From an uncultured delta proteobacterium (GTDB lineage: Bacteria; Myxococcota_A; Polyangia; Polyangiales; Polyangiaceae): 64,000 nucleotides of DNA. Position 1 is the stretch's first letter; the number at the start of each line of letters is the position of its first letter. This document shows positions 1 through 9,531 of the stretch, one piece after another. The notes below the pieces were generated by a model. The model was not told the DNA's origin. It ran no database searches and was given only the letters and a program-made list of their open reading frames with translations. The stretch spans positions 502,705-566,704 of the forward strand of contig CAVZIE010000032.1 in NCBI GenBank assembly GCA_963775185.1. Direction: 5' to 3'. The position numbers were made by a program, and so were the translations under genes.

Positions 1-32
1 GGCGGAAGTGCTCGCGACGCGAAAGCCCGACA

Positions 33-95
33 ACCCTTCCGGCCTTCCGCCCTTCCTGTGCATCAGAAGCCGTCGCGACCGCCGTCCACGACGCG
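33..95 (+). repeat. 63-bp direct repeat copy 1 (acccttccggccttccgcccttcctgtgcatcagaagccgtcgcgaccgccgtccacgacgcg)
   Basis: Second copy at 273..335 with one mismatch; 3' flank of the acyl-CoA synthetase gene. Confidence 0.7.
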
Positions 96-272
96 TCCGA
101 CAAGCGTGCAGGGGACGTCGCTGTGCGATCGAGAGGAACAGGAAGGGCAGAAGGGCGGAAGAATGGGGGGCGAGGCCGGAGCGTGACGGAGATGGAAGCG
201 TGGAGCTCGTCGCGGTGCGATGCGTCGCGACGCGGCGCGTGCTTGCTGCCCGGTCCGCACACAGGCCCAAAC

Positions 273-335
273 ACCCTTCCGGCCTTCCGGCCTTCCTGTG
301 CATCAGAAGCCGTCGCGACCGCCGTCCACGACGCG
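273..335 (+). repeat. 63-bp direct repeat copy 2
   Basis: See 33..95. Confidence 0.7.
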
Positions 336-368
336 CCTGCGCCGGGCGACGTGCGGGACGCGCCGCGG

Positions 369-389
369 GGTTCCGCGCCGGACCGGCAA
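369..389 (+). repeat. 21-bp GC-rich interspersed element (GGTTCCGCGCCGGACCGGCAA), copy 1
   Basis: Exact core ttccgcgccggaccggcaa, downstream of the acyl-CoA synthetase stop. Confidence 0.7.
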
Positions 390-393
390 TCCA

Positions 394-1932
394 TCAGATG
401 CTCTTGTCCTTGCCGGCCCAGTACGGGTCGCGGAGCTTGCGCTTGTAGAGCTTGCCGTTTGGATCGCGCGGCATCTCTTCGATGAAGTCGATGCTCTTCG
501 GCATCTTGTACTTGGCGACGCGCGTGCTCGCGAACTCGCTGAGCTCGGCGGCCAGGGCGGGGGAGGGCGCGACGCCACTGGCCGGTTGCACGACGGCCTT
601 CACTTGCTCGCCCCAGTCGTCGTCGGGGATGCCGAACACGGCGACGTCGGCGACCTTGGGGTGGGTGACGAGCACCGCCTCGACCTCGGCCGGGTAGATG
701 TTCACGCCGCCGCTGATGATCATGTCGGCCTTGCGATCGCACAGGAACAGGAAGCCGTCCTCGTCCAGGTAGCCGGCGTCGCCGACGGTGAAGAAGCCTT
801 CGAGCCAGGCGTTCTCCGTCTTCTTCGCGTCCTTGTGGTACTCGAACTTGTGATCCCCCATGCGGATCCAGACGGTGCCGATCTTGCCGGCGGGCAGCGG
901 CTGGCGCTCGTCGTCGAGGATGCGGATCTCGGAGATCGGCCAGGGCTTGCCGACGGTGCCCGGCTTCTTCAGCCAGTCCTGTGGCGTGGCCAGCGTGCCG
1001 CCGCCTTCGCTGGCGGCGTAGTACTCGAAGATCACCGGACCCCACCAGTCGAGCATCTTCTGCTTCGTGTCCACCGGGCAGGGCGCGGCGCTGTGGATCA
1101 CGTGCGACAGCGACGAGACGTCGTAGCGCTGCCTGACGTCGTCCGGCAGCTTGAGCAGTCGGTTGAATTGCGTCGGCACCATGTGGCTGTTGGTGACGCG
1201 ATGCTTCTGGATCAGCTCGAGCGTGGCTTCGGGCGTCCACTTGTCCATCAGGACCAGCTGGTGGCCGAGGTGCAGGTGGTTGGTCGCGAAGTTCAAGACC
1301 GCCGTGTGGTAGAGCGGCGCGCCGACCAGGTGCACGCCCTCGCTGCCGGGGAACATGCCGAATAGCGACAGGAACAGCGCCTGCTGGGTGCTCACGAGTT
1401 CCGGCGCGACCCGCGGCATGGCGCGACGCACGCCCTTCGGATTGCCGGTGGTGCCCGAGGTGTACGTCATCGGCCCGCCGGCGCTGCGGTCCTCGGGCAG
1501 CGTCGTGGGCTGGCCCGCCTTCAGCGCCGCGTAGGCCGCCGCGTCGAAGAAGCACGCGATGTCGAGCCCGCTCGCCGCCTCGCGGCAGGTCGCGGCGAAG
1601 CGCTCGCTGGCGATCAGCGCCTTGGCGCCGGAGTCCTTCAGGATGTAGGCGATCTCCGGAGCGGTCAGGTGCCAGTTGATGGGCACCACGTACCAGCCGG
1701 CCTGGGCCGCCGCCATGAACACCTCGAACACCGCCGCGGAGTTCGGCAGCGCGATCGCCACCGCGTCGGTGCGCGCGAGGCCGCGCGCACGCAGCGCGTG
1801 CACCAATTGGTTCGCGCTCGCGAGCAGATCCCCCGCCGTCACCGCGTGGCCGTCGGGCTCGATCACCGCGACGTGGGCCGGCTTTTCCGCTGCGACCTTC
1901 CAGAAACCGAGCTCCATCTTGATCACGCTCAT
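394..1932 (-). CDS. AMP-dependent acyl-CoA synthetase/ligase (FadD-like)
   Basis: ORF 394..1959; AMP-binding motif TYTSGTTGNPKGV; probable start MSVIKMEL. The first in-frame Met lies inside the operator palindrome. Confidence 0.85.
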   Translation of the reverse strand: MSVIKMELGFWKVAAEKPAHVAVIEPDGHAVTAGDLLASANQLVHALRARGLARTDAVAIALPNSAAVFEVFMAAAQAGWYVVPINWHLTAPEIAYILKDSGAKALIASERFAATCREAASGLDIACFFDAAAYAALKAGQPTTLPEDRSAGGPMTYTSGTTGNPKGVRRAMPRVAPELVSTQQALFLSLFGMFPGSEGVHLVGAPLYHTAVLNFATNHLHLGHQLVLMDKWTPEATLELIQKHRVTNSHMVPTQFNRLLKLPDDVRQRYDVSSLSHVIHSAAPCPVDTKQKMLDWWGPVIFEYYAASEGGGTLATPQDWLKKPGTVGKPWPISEIRILDDERQPLPAGKIGTVWIRMGDHKFEYHKDAKKTENAWLEGFFTVGDAGYLDEDGFLFLCDRKADMIISGGVNIYPAEVEAVLVTHPKVADVAVFGIPDDDWGEQVKAVVQPASGVAPSPALAAELSEFASTRVAKYKMPKSIDFIEEMPRDPNGKLYKRKLRDPYWAGKDKSI

Positions 1933-1951
1933 AGCGCGATCCGGGCCCGAA

Positions 1952-1965
1952 TGAAACATGTTCTA
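1952..1965. promoter_or_regulatory. KstR-type operator palindrome TGAAACATGTTCTA (TnnAACnnGTTnnA)
   Basis: Near-perfect inverted repeat about 20 bp upstream of the acyl-CoA synthetase start, in the divergent region shared with the SCP2 operon. Confidence 0.5.
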
Positions 1966-2377
1966 TTCCGCCGCTGGAGGCCGGTCCGGCGCACAACCGC
2001 TCTTGATCGCGCGCAAGCGGGTGACGGACGTCAGCGGCGCGTCGCGAGAACATTGTCGAGCGTGCGCGCGTGCTGCACGAAAGGATCGTGACGACCCAGA
2101 CGTGGCCTCCGCACGGGAGCTCTCACCCGGCACCAAGGCGCACGAAGCGGATCGACCGCGACGCGGCCAGGCCTCCCCGTCCGACGGAGCCGCCGCCCAG
2201 CGAGGTGGGCCTCGAGCGGCGCGAGCTCGGGTGGAGCCTGGTGGCGCTCGCGGCGGTCATCGTCGGCGCGCTGGTGGCGTGCGGCCTGACGCGCACGCTG
2301 ATGCACACGCTCTGGCCGTAGCCGCCGTTCGCGTTCGGCCCACCCCGGCGCCGCCGCGGCGGGAGCGCAGGCCCGGG

Positions 2378-2399
2378 ATCGCGGTCCGGCGCGGAACCG
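2378..2399 (-). repeat. partial 21-bp element copy (gcggtccggcgcggaacc)
   Basis: Upstream of the SCP2 operon promoter. Confidence 0.5.
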
Positions 2400-2459
2400 C
2401 CATCCCCCTCCCAACCGATCCGCTTGACGGCGGCCCGCCGGGCGCGCTTGACTCGCGAC

Positions 2460-2473
2460 TAGAACATGTTTCA
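2460..2473. promoter_or_regulatory. KstR-type operator palindrome TAGAACATGTTTCA
   Basis: About 20 bp upstream of the SCP2 gene start, preceded by a TTGACT -35-like hexamer. Confidence 0.5.
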
Positions 2474-2492
2474 TTGCGAGGGAGAGGGCTGA

Positions 2493-2831
2493 ATGGTCGC
2501 GCGCGTCTCGAGCTGTCAGGAATACTTCGACACCATCCAGGATCGCTTCATCGCGGACGCCGCCAAGGGCGTGGAGGCGACGTACCTCTACGAGCTCGAC
2601 GGCGAGGGCGGCGGGACGTGGACGGTGAGCGTGAAGGACGGCGCCGTGTCCGTCGCCGCCGAAGCGACGGCGGGCCCGAGCGTCACCTACAAGATGAAGG
2701 CCGAGGACTACGTCAAGCTCGCGAACGGCGATCTCGGCGGCGCCAAGGCCGTGATGACACGGAAACTCAAGGTGAGCGGCAGCATCGCGCTGGCGCGCAA
2801 GATGAACAACTTCCTCCCGCCGGCGAAGTAG
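2493..2831 (+). CDS. SCP2 sterol-carrier domain protein
   Basis: 112 aa. Glycine-rich loop and the C-terminal KLKVSGSIALARKMNNF are typical of SCP-2 sterol transfer proteins. Confidence 0.8.
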   Translation: MVARVSSCQEYFDTIQDRFIADAAKGVEATYLYELDGEGGGTWTVSVKDGAVSVAAEATAGPSVTYKMKAEDYVKLANGDLGGAKAVMTRKLKVSGSIALARKMNNFLPPAK

Positions 2832-2833
2832 CC

Positions 2834-4425
2834 ATGCAGTTCAACCTGGCGGACATGTTCGAATCGCTGGCCGACGCGATCCCGGATCGTCCGGCGCTGG
2901 TCAGCGGCAAGACGCGGCTCACGTTCGGGGAGCTCGACCGGCGCGCGAACCGCCTCGCGAACTTCCTGAAGGCGCGCGGCGTCGAGCCGGGGCAGCACAT
3001 CGGGCTGCACCTCTACAACGGCGCCGAGTTCGTCGAGAGCATGCTCGCGGCGTACAAGCTGCGCGCGGTGCCGATCAACCTGAACTACCGCTACGTCGCC
3101 GCGGAGCTGAAGTACCTGTGCGACAACGCCGATCTGGTCGCGATCGTGTCGCAACGCGAGCTCTCGCCGGTCGTGGCGGGCGCGACGACCCTGCCGATCA
3201 CGCTGCTGGTCGAGGACGGCAGCGGCGTGACGGCGCCGGGCTCGACGCCGTCGACTACGAGCAGGCGCTCGCCAGCGGCTCGCCGGAGCGCGATTTCGAG
3301 CCGCGCTCCAGCGACGACATCTACATCATCTACACCGGCGGCACGACCGGCATGCCGCGCGGCGTGATGTGGCGCCACGAGGACGTGTTCTTCGCGGGCT
3401 TGCAGGGCGGCGCGCCGGGCGGCGAACCGATCGAGCGCCCGGAACAGATCGCGGAGAACGCGCAGGATCCGGACAACGGCCTGACGATGCTGCCGACCGC
3501 GCCGTTCATCCACGGCGCGGCGCAGTGGGCGGCGTGGATCGGGCTGTTCACCGGCGGCAAGTTGGTGCTCCAGCCGGGCAAGAGCTTCAGTGCCCAGCGC
3601 GTGTGCGAGCTGTGCGCCGAGGAGCAGGTCACGACGCTGCTGCTGGTCGGCGACGCCATGGCGCGGCCGATCGTCGAGGCGCTGGAGGCGGGCAGCTACG
3701 ACATGTCCAGCGTGATCGCCGTGGCCTCCAGCGGCGCGGTGCTGTCGCCGAGCATCCGCGATCGCCTGCAGGAGCTCATGCCGGACGCCATGGTGCTGAA
3801 CAACTTCGGCGCGACGGAGACCGGCCACCAGGGCAGCGCGATCATCGGCGAAGACACCGGCGTGGACGGCCGCCCGAGCTTCTTCATGGACGAGAGCAAC
3901 GTCGTGCTCGACGACGACAACAAGCCGCTCGAGCCCGGCTCCGGCAAGATGGGCCGGATCGCGCGCAAGGGGCGGATCCCGCTCGGCTACTACAACGATC
4001 CGGAGAAGACGGCCGAGCGCTTCGTCACCCTCGACGGCGTGCGCTGGTCGATCCCCGGGGACTTTGCCACGGTCGAGGAAGACGGCCGCATCACCATCTT
4101 CGGCCGCGGCGCCGTGTGCATCAACACCGGCGGCGAGAAGGTGTTCCCGGAGGAGGTCGAGGAGGCGCTGAAGAGCCACCCCGACGTGTTCGATGCGCTC
4201 GTGGTCGGCGTCCCGGACGAGCGCTGGATGCAGCGCGTGGCCGCCGTGGTCGAGCCGAGGGCCGGCAAGCAGCCGACCCTGGAGGAGCTGTCGGCCCACT
4301 GCCGCAAGCACGTCGCGGGCTACAAGGTGCCCCGCCAGCTCGCCCTCGTGACCAAGGTCGAGCGCCAGCCGAGCGGCAAGCCCGACTACGCCTGGGCCAA
4401 GAGCGTCGCGCTCGGAACCGCGTGA
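2834..4425 (+). CDS. acyl-CoA synthetase (FadD-like), split by an apparent frameshift near 3225-3245
   Basis: N-terminal part in the frame of ORF 1958..3367 (MQFNLADM...LLVEDGSGV). It continues in ORF 3118..4425 (LDAVDYEQALA...IYIIYTGGTTGMPRGVMW...PSGKPDYAWAK). The AMP-binding signature crosses the frame break. Confidence 0.75.
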
Positions 4426-5759
4426 TGCGACCGCCCGGGCCGAAGGGGCTGCCGCTCCTCGGCAGCACGCTGGACTTCCCGAAGGACCAGCTCGGCTTCA
4501 TCGAGGCGCTGAAGCGCGAGCACGGCGACGTGGCGCGCTTCAGCGTCGCGTTCACGAACTGGATCCAGCTCACCAACCCGGAGCACGTGTACGACGTGCT
4601 CGTGACGCGCGCGGCGCTGTTCCACAAGCCGGCGATCAACAAGCGGATCTTCGAGTTGTTTCTGGGCGACGGCTTGCTCAGCATCGACGGCGAAACCTGG
4701 AAGCGCCACCACAAGCTGGTCCTGCCGGGCTTCCACAAGAAGCGCGTCGACGCCTACGGCGACATCATGGTGCGCTACACCGAGGAGTTGCTCGCCGAGT
4801 GGAGCGACGGCGCGCGCGTGGACTTCAACGACGCGATGACGGATCTGACGCTCGCCATTGTCGCCAAGACGCTGTTCGACGCCGACGTGAAGCGCGACGC
4901 GCGCACGGTGGGACGCGCCATGAAGGTGATCAACGAGGTCCTGGTCGAGCACGTTACGTTGCCGATCCCGGTCCCGCGCTGGTGGCCGACGGCGAAGAAC
5001 CAGCGCAAGAACGCGGCCATCGGCGACATCGACGCGATCGTGGCGCGGGTCATCGACGAGCGACGGCGATCCGGGCGCGATCACGGCGATCTCCTGAGCA
5101 TGCTGCTCATGACGGAGGACGAGCACGGCGGACGCTTCAACGACAAGGAGCTGCGCGACGAGTCGATGACGCTGTTCTTCGCCGGCCACGAGACCACCGC
5201 GCACGCGCTCACCTGGATGTGGTACCTGCTCGCGAAGCACCCGGACGTCGAGGCGCGCGCCGTCGCCGAGATCCAGCGCGAGCTCGGCGGCCGCGCCGCG
5301 ACGGTCGCGGATCTCGCGCGCCTCCCGTACCTGGAGATGGTCGTCAAGGAGTCGATGCGCGTGCTGCCCAGCGTCTGGGTGTTCATGCGCACGCCGACCG
5401 AGGACGTGGAATACGGCGGCTACACGCTACCCAAGGGCAGCATCGTCTTCATCAGCCCGTACCTGCTGCACCGCGACGCGCGCTGGTTCCCGCAGCCGCT
5501 CGAGTTCCGCCCGGAGCGCTTCGAGAAGGACGCGGAGAAGACGATTCCGAGCGGCGCGTACCTGCCGTTCTCGATGGGGCCGCGGGTGTGCCTGGGCAAG
5601 GCCTTCGCGATGATGGAGGCGCGGCTGATCCTGGCCACGCTGCTCGGTCGCGTGCGCCCGGTGCTCGCGCCGGGCTACGAGCCGGTGCTCAACCCGCGCC
5701 TGTCGCTGAACCCGAAGAACGGCATGCCGATCGACGTGCGATTGCGTCAGAAGCAGTAG
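4425..5759 (+). CDS. cytochrome P450 monooxygenase
   Basis: Carries the FFAGHETTAHAL I-helix, the ESMRVLP/ExxR motif and the heme loop FSMGPRVCLGKAFA. Its start overlaps the upstream stop (ATGA), indicating translational coupling. Confidence 0.9.
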   Translation: MRPPGPKGLPLLGSTLDFPKDQLGFIEALKREHGDVARFSVAFTNWIQLTNPEHVYDVLVTRAALFHKPAINKRIFELFLGDGLLSIDGETWKRHHKLVLPGFHKKRVDAYGDIMVRYTEELLAEWSDGARVDFNDAMTDLTLAIVAKTLFDADVKRDARTVGRAMKVINEVLVEHVTLPIPVPRWWPTAKNQRKNAAIGDIDAIVARVIDERRRSGRDHGDLLSMLLMTEDEHGGRFNDKELRDESMTLFFAGHETTAHALTWMWYLLAKHPDVEARAVAEIQRELGGRAATVADLARLPYLEMVVKESMRVLPSVWVFMRTPTEDVEYGGYTLPKGSIVFISPYLLHRDARWFPQPLEFRPERFEKDAEKTIPSGAYLPFSMGPRVCLGKAFAMMEARLILATLLGRVRPVLAPGYEPVLNPRLSLNPKNGMPIDVRLRQKQ

Positions 5760-7363
5760 CCGTTGTTGCACGCCTGCCCGTTGTTCGAGCAGTTCTTGCA
5801 CGCGCCGCCGCCGGTGCCGCAGTGCTGGTCGTTGGTCTTGCCGTAGGGGTTGCAGGTCGTCCCGTCGCAGCACGTCGAGCAGTTGCTGGGCCCGCAGCTC
5901 GCCGTCACGCACTGGTGCGAGCCGTTGCACGTCTGGTTCGAGCCGCAGTCGGCGTTGGTCCGGCACTGGACGCACTGCGACGTGGCGCCCTGATCGAGGC
6001 AGTGCGGCGTGCCGCCGCCGCACGCGGTACACGCCGATCCGCAGGCGCTGTCGCTGCTGCACACGCTGCACGTGCCGCCGTTGCACTGCTGGTTCGAGCC
6101 GCAAGAGCCCGCTGTGCACACGCACGCGCTGCCGTTGCACGACGGCGTCTGTCCGGAGCACGCCACGCAGCTCGCGCCGCAGTGGGTGGCGTCGCTGCAC
6201 GCGGCGCAGGTGCCGCCGTTGCACCAGTTGCCCGCGCCGCACTGGCTGCCGACCGTGCACTGGACGCACGTCGTGCCGCCCTGGCAGACCTTCGAGCTCG
6301 CCGAGCAGTCCGTGCACGCCGACCCGCAGTGCTGGTCGCTGTTGCAGCCGACGCAAGTGCCGGCGTTGCACCACTTGCTCGCGCCGCAGTCGGTGTTGTT
6401 GGCGCAGTTCTGGCAGACGCCCGAGACGCAGCCGTAGGAGCACGCCACGTCCGACGCCGAGTAGGCGCACGTGCCTCCGCTGCACGTCCCGCTCGCGTTG
6501 TAGGAGCGCAGCGTGCTGGCGTCCTTGCAGTAGCTTGCCGGCGGCGACGCGCACGTCACGCCGGCGCACGGGTCGTTCTGGCACGCGCCGCCGTTGCAGC
6601 CGAAATTGCAGAACTCGTTGTGGGTCGCGTAGCTGCACTTCGCGCCGGTGCCGCACGTGCCCGGCGACTCGAACACGGTCAGGTTGTCCGCGTCCGCACA
6701 GTAGTTCGCCGGCGGCGTGTTGCAGGTCTTGCCCACGCACGGATCGCCGTTGCAGACCCCGCTGGCGCAGCCGTACTGGCAGTAGGCCAGGTGGCTGCCG
6801 TACGCGCACACGCCGCTCGAGCACGAGCCCGGCGAGTCGTACACGGTCAGATGCGTCGAGTCCGCGCACACGCTCGCCTGGGGCGAGTTGCACGTCACGC
6901 CGATGCACGCGTCGCCGCTGCACGCGCCGCCCTGGCAGGCGAACGGACACGGCGTGTCGGACGCCGCGTACTGGCACTGGCCCGCGTCGCACACGCCGTT
7001 GGACGCGAACACGTGGAGCGTCGTGCCGTCAGCGCACGTGTTGGACGGCGGCGTGTTGCAGGTCACCCCCGCGCAAGCGTTCGCGCCGGCGTCGCCGTCC
7101 GTGCCGGCGTCGATCGCGCCCGCGCTACCGGCGCTGCCCGCGCTCGCATCGCCGGCGTTTCCCGACGCGCCGGCGTTTCCCGACGTGCCGCCGCTTCCCG
7201 ACGTGCCGCCGGTCGCGCCGCTCCCCGCGCCGCCGCCGGCGCTGCCGCCGCTGCCGGACGCGGCCGCGCCGCCGCTGTTGCCGCCGGTTCCGGACGATCC
7301 AGCCGCACAGCCGGCCGACAGCGCGGTCAGCAGGAAACCAAGAAATACCAGGCGTCGGGTCAT
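5747..7363 (-). CDS. Cys-rich repeat lipoprotein
   Basis: Signal peptide and lipobox (MTRRLVFLGFLLTALSAGC), then a Gly/Ser linker and four roughly 45-aa Cys-rich repeats (CNTPP.NYCAD...GACxxDPC) plus CxxC-rich modules. Confidence 0.6.
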   Translation of the reverse strand: MTRRLVFLGFLLTALSAGCAAGSSGTGGNSGGAAASGSGGSAGGGAGSGATGGTSGSGGTSGNAGASGNAGDASAGSAGSAGAIDAGTDGDAGANACAGVTCNTPPSNTCADGTTLHVFASNGVCDAGQCQYAASDTPCPFACQGGACSGDACIGVTCNSPQASVCADSTHLTVYDSPGSCSSGVCAYGSHLAYCQYGCASGVCNGDPCVGKTCNTPPANYCADADNLTVFESPGTCGTGAKCSYATHNEFCNFGCNGGACQNDPCAGVTCASPPASYCKDASTLRSYNASGTCSGGTCAYSASDVACSYGCVSGVCQNCANNTDCGASKWCNAGTCVGCNSDQHCGSACTDCSASSKVCQGGTTCVQCTVGSQCGAGNWCNGGTCAACSDATHCGASCVACSGQTPSCNGSACVCTAGSCGSNQQCNGGTCSVCSSDSACGSACTACGGGTPHCLDQGATSQCVQCRTNADCGSNQTCNGSHQCVTASCGPSNCSTCCDGTTCNPYGKTNDQHCGTGGGACKNCSNNGQACNNGYCF

Positions 7364-7520
7364 GAGCGGACCTTCTCCTCGAGCGCTCGAGCCCGCCCGC
7401 AGCGCACAGGACAGCACCGTCAGGATAGCCGCGACACGGCCGTCCGGTCCAGCGGCCGATGCCGCGCCGGGACGTGACGCATCGCATCGCGGACCAACGC
7501 CGGCCATTCCGGGGGGAATA

Positions 7521-7541
7521 CTGCCGGCCCGGCGCGGAACC
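7521..7541 (-). repeat. 21-bp GC-rich element copy (ctgccggcccggcgcggaacc)
   Basis: Intergenic between the Rieske gene stop and the lipoprotein gene start. Confidence 0.6.
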
Positions 7542-7552
7542 CCGCTCGCCGG

Positions 7553-8512
7553 CTACGCGTGGGCGGGGGCTTCGTCGCGGTAGAACTGCTGGTACCAGCG
7601 CCGCAGCTTGCCGATGGCGCCGTCGCCGTCGCACAGCACGGGCTGCGCGCGGTACGCCTTGTTCTCCCAGATCGCCACGTCCTCGGCGAAGCCGACTTGC
7701 AGGTTCTGGACGTAGCCCTGGGCGAACTGCTCGGTGCGGTCGGCGCTCTTCGTCTTCTTCAACATCACGCCGAAGCGCAGGTGGAGCGTGTGCTCGTCGA
7801 TGGGCGTGTGGCAATTGACCAGGCGATTTTCGAGGAACGACTCCATCTCGCTGATCTGGTACGCGGGGCCGTAGTACGTCGCGACGATCTTGAAGCGGTC
7901 CTTGCCACCGCCGCGCGGGTACGCGATGCCCTCGGCGCGCTGGATCGCCATGTGCCGGTCGAACTCGTTCTCGAACTTGTCGATGTGCGTGCCGTGCACC
8001 TCGGGAAAGTGCGCCTTGTCCGCGACGTTCTCGACGATCTCGCGGGGGTGCGTCTTGATCTCCAGGATGTTGTGCGTCCAGCCCGTCCACTCGTCGGTGC
8101 CATACTCCTGGATCACCGGGATCTCGTAGTCGGGCTCCTCGCCCTGGCGGGCGTGCCACAGGAAGATCATCCCGTTCCGCTCGGTCACGCGGTGCGAGCC
8201 CACGCAGGCGCGCGGCGGGATCTTCTTCGCGTACGGGACCTCGACGCACTTGCCGCTGCCGTCGAAGCGCCAGGCGTGGAACGGACAGCGCAGCGTGCTA
8301 TCCACCACCGTGCCGCCGACACCGAGGTGCGCGCCGAGGTGCGGGCAGTAGGCGTCGAGGATCCGCACCGCGCCGTCCTGCCCGCGGAACATCGCCAGCT
8401 CCTGGCCGAAGTAGTGCAGCCGCGTCGCCGCTCCCGCGGCCAGCTCCTCGCTGAAGCCCACCACGAACCAGCCGCGTGGGTAGCCCTGGTACCCGTCCGT
8501 CGTCGTGCTCAC
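7553..8512 (-). CDS. Rieske [2Fe-2S] non-heme iron oxygenase, KshA-like
   Basis: Rieske motifs CPHLGAHL...CPFHAWRF with a C-terminal catalytic domain; 319 aa. Confidence 0.8.
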   Translation of the reverse strand: MSTTTDGYQGYPRGWFVVGFSEELAAGAATRLHYFGQELAMFRGQDGAVRILDAYCPHLGAHLGVGGTVVDSTLRCPFHAWRFDGSGKCVEVPYAKKIPPRACVGSHRVTERNGMIFLWHARQGEEPDYEIPVIQEYGTDEWTGWTHNILEIKTHPREIVENVADKAHFPEVHGTHIDKFENEFDRHMAIQRAEGIAYPRGGGKDRFKIVATYYGPAYQISEMESFLENRLVNCHTPIDEHTLHLRFGVMLKKTKSADRTEQFAQGYVQNLQVGFAEDVAIWENKAYRAQPVLCDGDGAIGKLRRWYQQFYRDEAPAHA

Positions 8513-8529
8513 ATCGCGCCTCCCGCGTG

Positions 8530-8550
8530 GATTCCGCGCCGGACCGGCAA
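8530..8550 (+). repeat. 21-bp GC-rich element copy (gattccgcgccggaccggcaa)
   Basis: In the 5' UTR of the Rieske oxygenase gene, 18 nt from its start codon. Confidence 0.7.
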
Positions 8551-8628
8551 TTTCCCCACCTTCGAGCGGATTTGACCGCGATCAAATGAGAGGGTGCGGG
8601 GGCGACCGGACGCGTGGTACATCAGGAA

Positions 8629-8642
8629 TAGAACATGTTCTA
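8629..8642. promoter_or_regulatory. KstR-type operator, perfect 14-bp palindrome TAGAACATGTTCTA
   Basis: Lies in the divergent region between the Rieske oxygenase gene (-) and the SDR-amidohydrolase-MlaE operon (+). Confidence 0.55.
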
Positions 8643-8794
8643 CACGGCGCCTGGCGCGACGGCAAGTCGCGAAAAGGTCGGGGAGCAGGGTGTGGTTGCA
8701 GTGCCGAGCTACAAACCCTGCTGTCGTCGGCCCGCCGGGATAGGCGCGAGGCGTTGCGGTGCGCAGCAACAGAACCACACCCGGGGAGCAAGGC

Positions 8795-9529
8795 ATGCGT
8801 AGATTCGAGGGCAAGGTCGCGTTGGTGACGGGTGCGGCGTCGGGCATCGGCCGGGCGACGGCGGAGCGGCTCGCCGAAGAAGGCGCGAGCGTGGCGTGCG
8901 CGGACGTGAACCGCGAGGGCGTCGAGGAGACGGCCGCGAAGGTCGGCGGCATCGCGCTGGTGTGCGACATCAGCGATCCCGCGCAGGTGAAGGCGACGGT
9001 GGCGGCGACCATCGAGCGCTTCGGCAAGCTCCACGTATTGTGCAACATCGCCGGCATCCTGCGATCGGAGCACAGCCACGAGATCAAGCTCGAGGACTGG
9101 AACCGGATCATCGCGGTAAACCTCACCGGGACGTTCCTGATGTGCCAGGCGTGCCTGCCGCACCTGCTCGCCACACGCGGCAACATCGTGAACATGTCGA
9201 GCACCGCGGCGCTCGGCAGCCACCCGTGGATGGCGGCGTACGCGGCGAGCAAGGGCGGCATCCTGAGCCTCACGCGCTCGCTCAGCGTGGAGTACGTCAA
9301 GCAGGGGTTGCGCGTGAACGCCGTCATTCCCGGCGGGATCGCCACGCCGCTCCACGGACAGTTCAGCTTGCCCGAGGGCGCGGACGTGGAGCTCCTCAAG
9401 GGCGCGATCCCGTTCGTGAGCTACGTCGGGCCGGAGTACTGCGCGTCGGCCGTGGCGTTCCTGGCGTCGGACGACGCGAAGTACATGAACGGTGCCGAGG
9501 TGCGCGTGGACGGCGGAGCGATGAGCTGA
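8795..9529 (+). CDS. SDR-family oxidoreductase
   Basis: TGAASGIGRA cofactor motif and the YAASKGG active site; start MRRFEGKVALVTG with a GGGAG RBS. Confidence 0.85.
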   Translation: MRRFEGKVALVTGAASGIGRATAERLAEEGASVACADVNREGVEETAAKVGGIALVCDISDPAQVKATVAATIERFGKLHVLCNIAGILRSEHSHEIKLEDWNRIIAVNLTGTFLMCQACLPHLLATRGNIVNMSSTAALGSHPWMAAYAASKGGILSLTRSLSVEYVKQGLRVNAVIPGGIATPLHGQFSLPEGADVELLKGAIPFVSYVGPEYCASAVAFLASDDAKYMNGAEVRVDGGAMS

Positions 9530-9531
9530 AC

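Noticed and set aside
369-389. 21-bp element as a sigma-54 (-24/-12) promoter
   Set aside because: Neither orientation gives GG-N10-GC spacing with the TGGCAC/TTGCW cores, and copies occur in both orientations relative to downstream genes.
8-448. 146-aa ORF with internal repeat PSGLPPFLCIRSRRDRRPRR
   Set aside because: The repeat is simply the translation of the 63-bp DNA direct repeats. There is no signal, RBS or homology support.
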